A stretch of DNA of 64,000 bases from Acidimicrobiales bacterium (GTDB lineage: Bacteria; Actinomycetota; Acidimicrobiia; Acidimicrobiales; Bin134). Positions 29,612 through 39,855 of this stretch are shown here, one piece after another (within the stretch, counting starts at the first letter, position 1; each line of letters opens with the position of its first letter). A program made the position numbers and the translations under genes. The notes beneath the pieces were generated by a model. The model ran no database searches. It was given only the letters and a program-made list of their open reading frames with translations, and was not told where the DNA came from. The stretch lies in NCBI GenBank assembly GCA_965116535.1, contig OZ220703.1, positions 1,807,353 to 1,871,352 of the forward strand, given 5' to 3'.

Positions 29612-31072
29612 ATGAAGGTCGAGCCCGCCACCTCGCCGCTGCTGGCGCTTCTGGCCGGTTTCATATCCGAGCTGCGGGCCGCCGGGTTGCCGGTGAGCCT
29701 TACCGAGAATCTGGATGCCATGGAGGCCATCCAGCACATCCCCATCGAGGATCGGGATGCGTTCAAGTACGCCCTGGCCGCCACGCTGGTCAAGAACCAC
29801 GCCCACTGGCGGGCCTTCGAGACGGTGTTCGAGGTGTACTTCTCGCTGCGGGGGGCCGAGTACGACTTGGTGGACGGCGAATGGCCCGAGGGCATGGACC
29901 TGTCCGACTTCATCGACGGATTGGATGGCCAGCAGCGCCGACAAGGAGGTGGCGGAGGCGAGGCCATGTCGGCTGAACAGCTCGCCGAAATGCTGTTCCA
30001 GGCGCTGATGCGTGGCGATGACGCCCTCATGCGGGCCATCGCCCGCCAAGCCGTGCAGCGCTACGCCGGCATGGAGCCCGGCCGGCCGGTAGGAGGCACC
30101 TACTACCTGTATCGCACGCTGCGGAACCTCGACCTCGACGGAGTGCTGGAGCGCCTGATGGACCAGGCCCGCCAAGACGCCCCCGAGCAGTTGACGCCCC
30201 TGGAGGAGCGGCTGGAGCGAGACGAGTTCGAGGCCCGCGTCGACCAGCTCCGCAAAGAGGTGGAGGCCGAGATCCGCCGCCGGCTAGTGGCCGATAGGGG
30301 AGTGGAGGCCATGGCCAAGACGCTCCGCAAGCCCCTGCCCGAAGATGTGGACTTCATGCACGCCAGCCGGGAGGAGATGATGGCCTTGCGTCGGGCCATC
30401 TACCCGCTCACCCGCAAGCTGGCCGTGCGCCTGGCCCGCAAGCGCCGCCATGGCCGCAAAGGCCAGTTGGACTTCCGCAATACCATGCGCCACTCGCTGT
30501 CCTACGGGGGAGTGCCGGCCGAGCCGAAGTTCCGCTATCCCCGCCCGGCCAAGCCCGAGATCATGGTGGTGGCCGACGTGAGTGGGTCGGTGGCCGCCTT
30601 CGCCCGGTTCACCCTGCATCTGGTGTACGCCATCAGCAACCAGTTCTCCAAGGTGCGCTCGTTTGTGTTCATCGACGGCCTCGACGAGGTGACGAGCTTC
30701 TTTGAGGGGGTGGACGACATCGGCGAAGCGGTCCACCGGGTCAACGCCGAGGCCGACGTGGTGTGGGTGGACGGCCACTCCGACTACGGCCACGCCTTCG
30801 AGGTGTTCTGGGAACGCTACGGAAAAGACGTCGGCCCCAAGACCACGGTCATGATCCTGGGCGATGCCCGCAACAACTACCACGCCTCCCAGGCCTGGAT
30901 CCTCAAAGAGATCGAGCATCGGGCCCGCAAAGTGTTCTGGCTCAACCCCGAGCCCGGCGCCTACTGGGACACCGGCGACTCCATCGTCTCCGAGTACGGA
31001 GTCCACTGCGACGGCGTCTTCGAAGTCCGCAACCTCCGCCAGCTCGAAGGCTTCGTCGAGAACCTGGTGTAG
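29612..31072 (+). CDS. VWA-domain CoxE-like protein
   Basis: DVSGSV MIDAS, GHSDYG, LGDARNN, WLNPE, VRNLRQL. Confidence 0.92.
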   Translation: MKVEPATSPLLALLAGFISELRAAGLPVSLTENLDAMEAIQHIPIEDRDAFKYALAATLVKNHAHWRAFETVFEVYFSLRGAEYDLVDGEWPEGMDLSDFIDGLDGQQRRQGGGGGEAMSAEQLAEMLFQALMRGDDALMRAIARQAVQRYAGMEPGRPVGGTYYLYRTLRNLDLDGVLERLMDQARQDAPEQLTPLEERLERDEFEARVDQLRKEVEAEIRRRLVADRGVEAMAKTLRKPLPEDVDFMHASREEMMALRRAIYPLTRKLAVRLARKRRHGRKGQLDFRNTMRHSLSYGGVPAEPKFRYPRPAKPEIMVVADVSGSVAAFARFTLHLVYAISNQFSKVRSFVFIDGLDEVTSFFEGVDDIGEAVHRVNAEADVVWVDGHSDYGHAFEVFWERYGKDVGPKTTVMILGDARNNYHASQAWILKEIEHRARKVFWLNPEPGAYWDTGDSIVSEYGVHCDGVFEVRNLRQLEGFVENLV

Positions 31073-31144
31073 CCCCAGCCAGCAGACGGCCAGCCCCAGC
31101 CAGCAGACGGCCAGCCCAGCCAGCAGACGGCCAGCCCCACCAGC
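31071..31144. repeat. 21-bp tandem repeat x3.5 starting at the coxE-like stop
   Basis: AGCCCCAGCCAGCAGACGGCC x2, one 20-bp copy, one partial copy. Confidence 0.9.
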
Positions 31145-31193
31145 TTGCTTCCATTCCATTGTCAAAGTGCAAGTCCCGGTTTGGGGGCCATCG

Positions 31194-31221
31194 GTCTCAA
31201 TTCGAACGGTCGAATTGAGAC
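31194..31221. terminator. 12-bp perfect hairpin between convergent genes
   Basis: GTCTCAATTCGA-ACGG-TCGAATTGAGAC. Confidence 0.55.
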
Positions 31222-31260
31222 GTAGCCATAGGCATTGCCGGTCTGCCTTGAATTTGGCGC

Positions 31261-32472
31261 TCAGCTCAAGAGCACTGAATTGCGTTGCGATGGTCGATAG
31301 GAGGTAGTGCCCTTATCGGGGAACGGCTCAGGCGGTGGTCGCAGGTCGTAGCGCTCGGTGGTGGGACACTCGGCTACTTCCCAGCCGTCGTCGTGGATGT
31401 TGTGGTGGCACCTCGCACAGACCAAGACCAAGTTGTCGAGGTTGGTCGGCCCGCCCCATGACCAGGGTTCAATGTGGTGCGCTTGGCACCAGGCGGGGTT
31501 GGCATCGCAACCGATGCAGCCCTTGTCTCGCAGTGCCAACGCGGCCCGCTGAGCCTCAGTGGCTATCCGTCGCTTTCGGCCCAGCCAGAGCTTCTGGGTC
31601 TTGGCTCGGAACACGGCGGGCAGGATGTCGGCATCACAGGCCAACCGACGCAGCTCGCCAACCGGAATTGGCGTGCCATCGCACAGCCGGGCATTGACCA
31701 GCTCCCGGTGAATGGCGTCGTAGTCGGCGATCACAAGCAATGCGGTTCGAGGCGACTGGCCGGACTTCGGCTCCAATATCAACTCGGCCAACGCGTCGGC
31801 CATCCGCTGCTGCGGCGTGCGGCGGTTCTTCGGATCTTCCTTGCGCCACAGCTCGCGCTCTTTGTCGGAGAGGGCCAGGGCGATCCGGTTGCCGGTCATC
31901 GGGTCGAATTCGCCGGACAGCACGAACATGCCATCCTCCCGGCTCTCGAACATCCGCCCCGTCCGATTGCCACGCTGGCGATCCAATATCGACTGACCGT
32001 CATCGGTTGAGAGCTCCCGCTGCTGCTGGCGGAGCGTGCGGGCAAACTGGTCGTAGGGCTGATGCTTAGCCGCTTCCGTCAACACCGATTCATCAATCGG
32101 CCCCTCCGAGGAGGCCTTGGCGATCAGCCAGGCATGCCTTTGAGGAATCTCCCCAGCCTCGAGAGCCCTCCAAGTTTTGGCCAGCCCAGACAAGGCGGCG
32201 GCGGCCTCCACTTCGCGCTTGGCCTCCCGCTTCGTCGCCTGGAGTTCCTCGCGCACTACTACTTCAGCGGCACCTTCACCTCTCTGATCGCGCTCCGCGT
32301 TGACCAGCCGGGCCTTCCACCCAGCCAATTGGGCCTCAGCCCGCCGAACCGAGGCCAAAGCAGCCCGTCGCATGTCGCTCGAAATGTTCGCCGGCTCGAT
32401 AGCCGGCACCTCAACGGTGACCTCAAAATCCCTGGTCACAGCCTCATTTACCATGCTGAGCACACTACCCAT
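31261..32472 (-). CDS. DUF222-domain HNH endonuclease (REP13E12/Rv1128c-like)
   Basis: QRMADAL, RRLACDA, RDKGCIGC...CQAHH..GGPTNLDNLVLVCARCHHNIH. Confidence 0.88.
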   Translation of the reverse strand: MGSVLSMVNEAVTRDFEVTVEVPAIEPANISSDMRRAALASVRRAEAQLAGWKARLVNAERDQRGEGAAEVVVREELQATKREAKREVEAAAALSGLAKTWRALEAGEIPQRHAWLIAKASSEGPIDESVLTEAAKHQPYDQFARTLRQQQRELSTDDGQSILDRQRGNRTGRMFESREDGMFVLSGEFDPMTGNRIALALSDKERELWRKEDPKNRRTPQQRMADALAELILEPKSGQSPRTALLVIADYDAIHRELVNARLCDGTPIPVGELRRLACDADILPAVFRAKTQKLWLGRKRRIATEAQRAALALRDKGCIGCDANPAWCQAHHIEPWSWGGPTNLDNLVLVCARCHHNIHDDGWEVAECPTTERYDLRPPPEPFPDKGTTSYRPSQRNSVLLS

Positions 32473-32524
32473 AAGCAGTGACAGTTTGTCTTGACGATTC
32501 TGCGGGCTTGCTTCGACTATGAAT

Positions 32525-33052
32525 TCATTTGTCAGCGCCGACGTCGGTACCCATGCTCATCCAGGCTTCGAGAACGGGACCAATGTGTTCAGGAAAAGCC
32601 AATTCAGCCGGCAGCTCTGACCTTTGGAAGTAACGGGCTTCTTTCACCTCTGAATGGTTGATCAAGTACTCGTCAGGGAGCTCAGCCCGAGCCAGGTAGT
32701 AGACATTTAGCGTTGATTCGACAGGACGTTCGCCAAGGGCAGCTCGAGGATCGGGATACACATCCATCCAAATGCCAAGGAAGCGAGTGATCTCTATCTC
32801 AAGTCCGACTTCTTCGCGCGCTTCGCGGATTGCAGTTGCCTCTGGGTGTTCTGCTGGATCACAGAATCCACCGGGGATGTCCCAATTGTCCCGCCACGGT
32901 TCGTTCGCCCGCTTCACAAGCAGGACGGCATCGTCTTGGACGATGAGGGCAGAGGCACTGGGCTTGGGATTCAGCCAGATTGGTTCATAGCACGCGGGGC
33001 AACTGGTGGGAGGTAACTCCTCAAGTGCTTGGCCGCAGTGCATGCAGAACAT
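32525..33052 (-). CDS. NUDIX hydrolase with N-terminal zinc ribbon
   Basis: FCMHCG...CPAC..NPKP; Nudix box GGFCDPAEHPEATAIREAREEVG. Confidence 0.9.
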   Translation of the reverse strand: MFCMHCGQALEELPPTSCPACYEPIWLNPKPSASALIVQDDAVLLVKRANEPWRDNWDIPGGFCDPAEHPEATAIREAREEVGLEIEITRFLGIWMDVYPDPRAALGERPVESTLNVYYLARAELPDEYLINHSEVKEARYFQRSELPAELAFPEHIGPVLEAWMSMGTDVGADK

Positions 33053-33349
33053 CGCACCGGACCCTACTGAAGCTCGCAGGACCGTTCTCGGTAGACAGCT
33101 ACCCGGCGGCTTCGGAGCAGCCGATGTGTGCGGAGTTCACCCAGATGGTCTTCTTGTCGTAGAGGTTGCAGCGCCAAGCGTTGTGTCGCTCCTAGAAGTT
33201 GCTGGCGAGGCGGCAGTCTCATCCGCTGAGTCCGCGTTTCTCGCCTCCCTCGTTCACAGGCTCTGGCGGGGTATCAATACAAATTCGTTCCATGCATTCG
33301 AACTCGCGTTCCTACGCTGGTTGACCTTGTCAAAGCGCGGGATCAGCAA

Positions 33350-33964
33350 ATGAAGCAGGTGCCGCCGTCGGTCGCGGCGGCCGAGAACCGGGCCGCTGAG
33401 CATGGTTTTGAGCATTCGTGTGAACGAGGGGTTGGGGAGATGCTTGCGGTTCTCGCGGCAACGACGCCGCTCGGTGGTCGAATTCTCGAACTCGGGACGG
33501 GGTTTGGTGTGGGACTGGCTTGGATCCTGACCGGGCTCGGCTCACGAACCGACGTGGAAGTCGTGTCCATAGAGAATGATGCCGAGCGGATTGCGTCGCT
33601 TGCTGCCATCGATTTTCCTGCCCACGCATCGATAGTTGAGGGCGAGATTGAGGCCTCGCTTCCAACACTGGGTCAGTTCGATCTGATCTTCGCTGATGCC
33701 GAGGCGGGCAAATGGACAGGCCTCGAACTCACTATTGCTGCACTCGCGCCCCAAGGCCTTCTCCTCGTCGACGACATGGATCTCTTGCGTTATGACTCTG
33801 TGGTAGATCGCTTGACCGTAGAAGACGTACGCAAGGTGCTGATGACCGACTCGCGCCTCGCCTCGGTCGAGTTGGACGTTGCGTCTGGAATCATCCTCGC
33901 CTCGCGCCATGCGACTGTGCCCGTGGACACGGCATATTTCGGCAGAGACTGCAACTCTCAATGA
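33350..33964 (+). CDS. class I SAM-dependent O-methyltransferase
   Basis: ILELGTGFGVG, FDLIFADA, GLLLVDD. Confidence 0.85.
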   Translation: MKQVPPSVAAAENRAAEHGFEHSCERGVGEMLAVLAATTPLGGRILELGTGFGVGLAWILTGLGSRTDVEVVSIENDAERIASLAAIDFPAHASIVEGEIEASLPTLGQFDLIFADAEAGKWTGLELTIAALAPQGLLLVDDMDLLRYDSVVDRLTVEDVRKVLMTDSRLASVELDVASGIILASRHATVPVDTAYFGRDCNSQ

Positions 33965-34031
33965 GTCGGGGCTGTCGCATGATCCCGGAAGACCACTGAA
34001 GCTGTTTCGCTCGGGATAGCGTTTCGTTGAA

Positions 34032-34472
34032 ATGAGGATCTCAATTGGTGCTGATCACGCTGGCTTTCAGCTCAAGGAAGCTCTGATCGGAGCGCTTCAG
34101 CGACACGGTCACGAAGTGATTGACCGTGGCACGGCAGACACTAAGCCGGTCGACTATCCAGGAATCTGCGCGAGTGTGGCGGAGGACGTAGCGGCAGGAC
34201 AGGCTGACCGTGGAATCGTGCTCGGCGGCTCCGGACAAGGTGAACAGATAGCAGCCAACAAGATCCCCTCCATTCGTGCGGCTCTTTGCAATTGCCTCGC
34301 CACGGCGCGGTTGTCGCGCTCACACAACGATGCGAACGTCCTCGCTATTGGTGCACGGATCGTCGCCCCAGAACTTGCAGTCGAAATTATGGAGCTCTGG
34401 CTGGAGACACCATTCGACGGGGGACGCCATCAAGCGCGTATCGAACAAATTGCTGAATTGGAAGCTCACTAG
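34032..34472 (+). CDS. rpiB: ribose-5-phosphate isomerase B
   Basis: IGADHAGF, VDYP, GGSGQGE, ANK, SHNDANV, GGRH. Confidence 0.93.
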   Translation: MRISIGADHAGFQLKEALIGALQRHGHEVIDRGTADTKPVDYPGICASVAEDVAAGQADRGIVLGGSGQGEQIAANKIPSIRAALCNCLATARLSRSHNDANVLAIGARIVAPELAVEIMELWLETPFDGGRHQARIEQIAELEAH

Positions 34473-34545
34473 CTGAGACAACCAGAGACTTCCTTCGGGC
34501 ATAAACCCGGCCTGTTCTCAACCGGTTGTCAGACTTGGAGGATGG

Positions 34546-35793
34546 TCACACGAGAGCGGGTGAGCGTGCTGGCCTTAGCTGATTTGGGGCAATCAAAGGG
34601 CGGATTACCCGGACTCGCTGGTTGATCCAGGTGGCGGCCTTGGCGATTTCTTCGGTCACGTCGGTAGGTGGCCCGCTGAGATCGATTGCCAGTGTGTGGA
34701 GAAGTTTCCCGGCGTGGCGAACGGTAATGGTACTTTCGGGCTCTCCTCCGTCGGCCATGCAGTAGATCAGTACACCCTCAGGCAGGTCCAGCGCCGTGGT
34801 GTAGGCGAGGAGTTGGTAGTAGTCGGCGGTTCGGGCCCGGGCGTCGTCGGTGACCTTGTACTTGATGTCGGCCACATAGACCTCATGACCTTGCCGGCGA
34901 AACACCAAGTCGGGCCGGATCGGCACTTGATTGCGGGTTGCCAGGAAGGTTCTCAATTGGCTCGCTACCTCGAGGCGGCCCCGCAACTCCCGTCGCAGCC
35001 GTTGGGTGACAAAGTCTTCGAAGAGTTGGTTCATGTCCACCAGGAACGACGAAGCGGCGTGATGCCCGCGCCGGTCGGCCAGAGTCAGGTTCGCGAGAAG
35101 CAGCCGGGCGAGACGCAAAGCCGGCTGGTAGTGGGCGTTCAGCCTCGTCTCGTGCATTTGGTCAAGAAGGTCGGCTCGGATGACTCGATCAGCGACGTCC
35201 TCCAGTGAGGCGACCTCCCGGAGCAATCTTTGACGATCCTCTGGAGCCACACCGGGAACCCTCAGAGCCAGTCGGGCAGCGGCCTTAAGATAGCGGTTCT
35301 CGGCGATGTCGGGTGTGTACTCGTCGTATCGGCACGCAATTGGCAATGCGATCCCGGCCTGACGGAACTGGGCCGCGACATCTATGCGGCCCCGCAGAGC
35401 GATTAAGCGATCCTCCTCGGGCCGATACGACCGCAGCAGCCCGCGGGCCAAGGTGGTCTCCAGAGTACGGGCAAAGAAGGCGATCACCGAGGGCAAAAGG
35501 TCGGCCCTGTCCGCGTAGTCGAAGGCCTCCTGTCTCCACGCTTTCTCATCGAGCCCTACTTCCAACAGCAGAAATAGGTTCTCAGGGCGGATCTTCGGGC
35601 GGATCAGCACTCGAAGGTCGTCCACCACCAGGGTGCCCACCATGTTCTGGGCGGTGATCAAGTATTGGTCGCCTTCGCCTGCGGGCTCCACTGTGACAGC
35701 GCCCTTTCCCAAGGCAGCGAGGCGCTGGGCTTGGCGCTGAGCGAGGCCGACCGTGGTCGACTCGTACTCAACGAGCTCGATTACATCGCTCAC
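34546..35793 (-). CDS. mcrC: McrC-family PD-(D/E)XK nuclease subunit
   Basis: DMNQLFEDFV, IRPDL, ADIKYK, DYYQLLAY; GTGA overlap with mcrB. Confidence 0.9.
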   Translation of the reverse strand: MSDVIELVEYESTTVGLAQRQAQRLAALGKGAVTVEPAGEGDQYLITAQNMVGTLVVDDLRVLIRPKIRPENLFLLLEVGLDEKAWRQEAFDYADRADLLPSVIAFFARTLETTLARGLLRSYRPEEDRLIALRGRIDVAAQFRQAGIALPIACRYDEYTPDIAENRYLKAAARLALRVPGVAPEDRQRLLREVASLEDVADRVIRADLLDQMHETRLNAHYQPALRLARLLLANLTLADRRGHHAASSFLVDMNQLFEDFVTQRLRRELRGRLEVASQLRTFLATRNQVPIRPDLVFRRQGHEVYVADIKYKVTDDARARTADYYQLLAYTTALDLPEGVLIYCMADGGEPESTITVRHAGKLLHTLAIDLSGPPTDVTEEIAKAATWINQRVRVIRPLIAPNQLRPARSPALV

Positions 35794-38700
35794 TGCTCTG
35801 AGTTCAACTCCGTAGTGCCCTCGGGATCGGTCGCGGCTCGTTGGAGAGCCGCCTCCTGCTCGGCCATTTCAGCCCGCCCCGAGTCGATGAGATAGCGCTT
35901 GTGAACCTGATCGAAGCGGAAGTACTCGATCTGATCGCGGTCGCCAAAAAACTGGTCTTCGATGAACGGCTCGATGTTGTACTTCCAAATCCGGCCCATC
36001 GTCTCCTCGTCGAGGCCCTTCTTCATGAAGTGGCTCGGCCCCAAAAGCAGGTGAGGCCCGCCCAACTCTCTGTCGAGCTCGTCGTTGACTTGGGCAACGA
36101 GCTCGCCCACCCAACTCGGCTCGTCGTTGGCGGCCAGCCAGCGCTCAAGCAGCCCTTCTATCGGCCACCGATTGGGGAAGAACGGGATGAAGTGGAACCG
36201 GCGGCGCAGGGCGGCGTCCACAAGGGCGATGGAGCGGTCGGCGGTGTTCATGGTGCCGATGAACCACAGGTTTCGGGGTAGCTCGAAGGTATCCTCGGGT
36301 CGGTAGAGCGTGCGTACGCTTTCGTCGCGGTACTCCAAAAGGAACAGCAGCTCGCCGAATACCTTGGGCAAGTTTGCCCGGTTGATCTCGTCGATGATCA
36401 TCACATGCCGTCGGCCTGGGGTATCCGCCGCTCGCTGTGCCATGTCCGCCAATGGACCGGGTGTGAGCTCGTAGGTCATGTCGCCGCTGTCAGCTTGGGG
36501 TCGGTACCCCTCGAAGAAATCCTCATACGAACTAGAAGGATGAAACTGAACCAGCGCCCGCTGCCCCGGGTCAGGTGCCAATACCCTGGCAAGCTCCCGA
36601 GCCAGGTAGGTCTTCCCCGTCCCCGGCGGCCCGTAGAAGATCACCTGCCCCTTGTCTTCCAACAATTCGACCACGTCGTCTAGGAACATTCGGTCGACCA
36701 GTAGTTCCTCAGCGAGCTCATCTAGGATCTCGGCCTTGCCGTCGGAACCACCTGGGTCCGCATATGCATACCAGTAGAACAACTGCGACATCCCCCAGAG
36801 GTCGTCAGCGAAGTAAGGCTGAAGGCACTCGCGCAGCAGCCTGTTGGATTCCACCTGGATCTCGCCGCGCGAGCCAGTTGGTTCTTCAATTCCAAGGAGG
36901 GAGTGCATCCCCTCCTTCCCCCTATTGCCGCCGTAGGGGTATACGCAGAGATATTCATCTGGGTGCGTGATTGCCAGTAATTTCATGATCACCGATTCAC
37001 CCAGCCCCCTAATGCGGTACTGGTCATCGGTGAGCAGCCGGTCAATGCGCTCCGCGTCGGGGTCATTCCCCCAGCACAGATAGTGGAAGGATTCCATCAT
37101 ACGTTCGTACTCGGCTGGATCGGCATCGCGGAACGACCGGTTCAAACCTGACATTGGTCCTGTGGCTCCGTATTTGCCGCCATTCCAAATCCGCCGGATT
37201 TCGGCGCGGTCAGCCAGAGCTATTGACTCGGGGGCAAGTATCTCAGCGAAGCGACGCTGTTCTGCCTTGTGATCATCATCCCAGTCCCTCGGATAACCGG
37301 ACTCGGTACGGAATTGATCGACTAGGGAAGCAATTCGATCATCGCTGCCCTCTGGTGGGGGTTCCTTCCCCCCTGCAAGTGCCATTACCTTGCCAAATAG
37401 GGGCTTCAGTTGCGTGGCCGTCTCAACAACCGTGGCCGCCAAGTCGACATCGACGAACTCTTCCCGGTCGAACCAACGTCCGTAGACGAATTCTGCCCAG
37501 TGGGCCCCACGGATTCCGACATCCTCGCCAATTTGAGAGCTAGAACCGCCGAAAACTCGACAGTCGTCGTATTCGGCAGAAGAAAGCAGCGGCGCAACCT
37601 TGTCCATCCAGCCTTGGGGGGTTGTTCCTGGTCGTAGGGCAACTGCTACACCCTGGTCGTTCACCCATACCCTCATACTGAGCCCATTGTCAGCGGCCTC
37701 GTTGATTCGCCAGTCCACCCATAGATCGGGCCGGGCACGATTGGTTTTCGGCAACTTCACTTTGATTGGATGGCCGAGCGCTTCTGCGACAACATCGGCA
37801 AGCTGTTTGCCCCAATAGTCAGCGATGCTCAAAATGGCGTGTGCATTGATCTCCAGGTCGCCTTCCACCGCAGCCTCAGCGTCAAGACCAAACGCGGCGC
37901 GATCCGCCAATACTTCGTCTAGGAACACGGGGCGTTGGTTGTGCCACCATGCGGCGGTCGTCTCAAACTCGACATGGTCGGAAGTGAGTTCCCTAACCCG
38001 CTCGACAAACACCCGATACTTCTCGGGAGGATCATCCGGGAGGCTCTCGCCGGTTGAGAACTCAATGAATTGGGCTCCACTTGCCCACATCACAGGCCAG
38101 CGATCCCAGTCGGCCAGCGCCCAGAAATACGACAAGAGGAACGGCACACTTCCAGGGGCCGGGTATGCCCCAACCTTGATGGACTTCACATAGTCCACCA
38201 TTGACGTGAGCTTCTCAGCAGCTTCCTGATCGGAAGCTGGAACCGAGAGCGATTCAGCCAGCAGATGAGCGAATCGTTGGGGTTCGTCGGTTCGATCGTA
38301 TAGCTGGTTTAGCAGCAACTGTCCGGCGAACCCATTGAAGTCCAGTGTTCCCGGTGCTACAGCCCACTTCCGAATGTCCTTGATAAACCGGTCAAGGTCA
38401 CCGGTTCGTCGAAGATCAGCCAGCAGCCTGAGAGCTTCGTCCGCACTTTCCTTGAACCCGTCCGTGGCGTCCTTGGCCTGCTGCCGGTGGTCTTCGTCGG
38501 CAGCGAATCGTCCAACATGCGCCTCGTACCAAAGTTGGCGAAACTCAATCTCCCCTGGTGAGACACGCCCGGAGTCGGTGCCACCATCACCGTAACTGCT
38601 CGACTCAACTCGCAAGCACTCCCTAAGTGTCTGGCCATCGTCGTCTCGCCACTTGTCAAGCCAACTACTATGGCTACCTGTCAGAACTGCGCCAGCAGCG

Positions 38701-38978
38701 CTTGGCGAATTGAATTCCCAGTCACGGGTCAACTCCGCGCGGTCGCCATCGACAAAGAGAGTGCCGTCGTCCAGCAGTTCCTTGCGAAGCTGCCGACGGT
38801 ACTTGTTGGCATGTTTGTCGAACGACGCGTTGGACTCGGCACGACCTACCGCGCCGGCATGAACCAAGAAACCACCGTCGGGGAGCAATACACCGGTTCC
38901 GCTACAGCCAGAAAGCTCAAGACGGAAGACCGGGCTGCCGTCTAGGGAGTCTGGTTTGGTTTCTACCTGATCAGCCAC
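35790..38978 (-). CDS. mcrB: McrB-family GTPase with N-terminal DUF4357-like domain and long accessory region
   Basis: GPPGTGKT, QFHPSSSYEDFFEG, IDEINRAN, GTMNTADRS, ALRRRF; N-terminus FLVHAGA...FNSPSAAGAVLTG...WRDDDGQTL. Confidence 0.88.
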   Translation of the reverse strand: MADQVETKPDSLDGSPVFRLELSGCSGTGVLLPDGGFLVHAGAVGRAESNASFDKHANKYRRQLRKELLDDGTLFVDGDRAELTRDWEFNSPSAAGAVLTGSHSSWLDKWRDDDGQTLRECLRVESSSYGDGGTDSGRVSPGEIEFRQLWYEAHVGRFAADEDHRQQAKDATDGFKESADEALRLLADLRRTGDLDRFIKDIRKWAVAPGTLDFNGFAGQLLLNQLYDRTDEPQRFAHLLAESLSVPASDQEAAEKLTSMVDYVKSIKVGAYPAPGSVPFLLSYFWALADWDRWPVMWASGAQFIEFSTGESLPDDPPEKYRVFVERVRELTSDHVEFETTAAWWHNQRPVFLDEVLADRAAFGLDAEAAVEGDLEINAHAILSIADYWGKQLADVVAEALGHPIKVKLPKTNRARPDLWVDWRINEAADNGLSMRVWVNDQGVAVALRPGTTPQGWMDKVAPLLSSAEYDDCRVFGGSSSQIGEDVGIRGAHWAEFVYGRWFDREEFVDVDLAATVVETATQLKPLFGKVMALAGGKEPPPEGSDDRIASLVDQFRTESGYPRDWDDDHKAEQRRFAEILAPESIALADRAEIRRIWNGGKYGATGPMSGLNRSFRDADPAEYERMMESFHYLCWGNDPDAERIDRLLTDDQYRIRGLGESVIMKLLAITHPDEYLCVYPYGGNRGKEGMHSLLGIEEPTGSRGEIQVESNRLLRECLQPYFADDLWGMSQLFYWYAYADPGGSDGKAEILDELAEELLVDRMFLDDVVELLEDKGQVIFYGPPGTGKTYLARELARVLAPDPGQRALVQFHPSSSYEDFFEGYRPQADSGDMTYELTPGPLADMAQRAADTPGRRHVMIIDEINRANLPKVFGELLFLLEYRDESVRTLYRPEDTFELPRNLWFIGTMNTADRSIALVDAALRRRFHFIPFFPNRWPIEGLLERWLAANDEPSWVGELVAQVNDELDRELGGPHLLLGPSHFMKKGLDEETMGRIWKYNIEPFIEDQFFGDRDQIEYFRFDQVHKRYLIDSGRAEMAEQEAALQRAATDPEGTTELNSEQ

Positions 38979-39037
38979 GCCGGGAACTCTACTTGCGGAG
39001 CGTGACAGCTTGTCCCCACCGTATGGTCATAAAGCGC

Positions 39038-39382
39038 TCACTCGGTGGCCTTGGGGTGGCCGGGGTGGATGGCGGTCACCCAGACGGTCCTTTTGTCGTC
39101 GTCGATGCAGTACCAGATGCGACCGCCACCGGTTACCTCGTATTGCCACTGGGGCAGTTGGATGCCGTTTACGGTGTCCGTGGCAAGGCGACCTTGCAGG
39201 GGCTTTTGGCGCCTACTCCATCGTCGGGGATCGGCGGTAATGAGTTCCCAGGTCGTTCGGACGTTGTTGGGGGCGGATGCGCTGAGTTGTTCCCAGGACT
39301 TGGCGGCGTCGTTGCTGGCGAATCGGCAGTCCCACCCGCCATTGCGCGGTGGCGGGGCGACTCGGTCCCGGCGACGGGGCAT
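39038..39382 (-). CDS. putative type II toxin (RelE/ParE-like fold, 114 aa)
   Basis: basic protein; QWQYEVTGGGRIWYCIDD..VWV..GHPKAT; TGATG-coupled to the upstream antitoxin. Confidence 0.65.
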   Translation of the reverse strand: MPRRRDRVAPPPRNGGWDCRFASNDAAKSWEQLSASAPNNVRTTWELITADPRRWSRRQKPLQGRLATDTVNGIQLPQWQYEVTGGGRIWYCIDDDKRTVWVTAIHPGHPKATE

Positions 39383-39846
39383 CAATCGGCGGCTGGGGGT
39401 GGGAGGACGCGTCCGCCGTGGGTGATGGTGATGGGGGTGGTGAGAAGGGCAGTGAGTTCGGGATCGCTGAGTATCTCGGCCGTGTTCTCCCAAGAGTCGA
39501 TGGTGAGGTCGACTTGTCTAAAGTTCTGAACGCTGGCAGAGGCCAGAATGGTACGAGTCAGATCCTCGGCAAACTCCCGACGCTCTTCTGTCGAGAGGAA
39601 TTCGACCCAGGGGAAGGCGGTCTCAATGGCGGCATCCATAGCCTCGGGGGAGTCTGCTGCGATCTTGCAGAGAAGGCGGGCCAGACACTCGATAGTCTTG
39701 GCCCGGCTGATGTCGCTTGCGGCGAGGCTGAGGTAGAGGTCGGGGGCATTGCGGCGGCGCAGCACTACGTCGTGCTGGGCGAGGTCGGCAACTACCTCTT
39801 TGGGCTGTCGGAGGAATTCGGAGAAGGTGCGCTCGATGACCTGCAT
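39382..39846 (-). CDS. putative antitoxin, Phd/YefM-like N-terminus
   Basis: TFSEFLRQPKEVV...VVLRRRNAPDLYL; acidic C-terminus FPWVEFL..EF..W..TAE..SDPEL. Confidence 0.65.
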   Translation of the reverse strand: MQVIERTFSEFLRQPKEVVADLAQHDVVLRRRNAPDLYLSLAASDISRAKTIECLARLLCKIAADSPEAMDAAIETAFPWVEFLSTEERREFAEDLTRTILASASVQNFRQVDLTIDSWENTAEILSDPELTALLTTPITITHGGRVLPPPAAD

Positions 39847-39855
39847 CGAATCAGA

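Noticed and set aside
28676-31072. CO dehydrogenase cluster
   Set aside because: Only the CoxD/CoxE-like chaperone pair is present; no coxLMS genes.
31071-31144. Mini-CRISPR next to the HNH gene (IscB/Cas9-like system)
   Set aside because: No spacers; the HNH protein is DUF222-type with no RuvC motifs.
33105-33175. Aldehyde dehydrogenase 3' remnant (LYDKKTIWVN, minus strand)
   Set aside because: Only about 10 residues of resemblance; not supportable.
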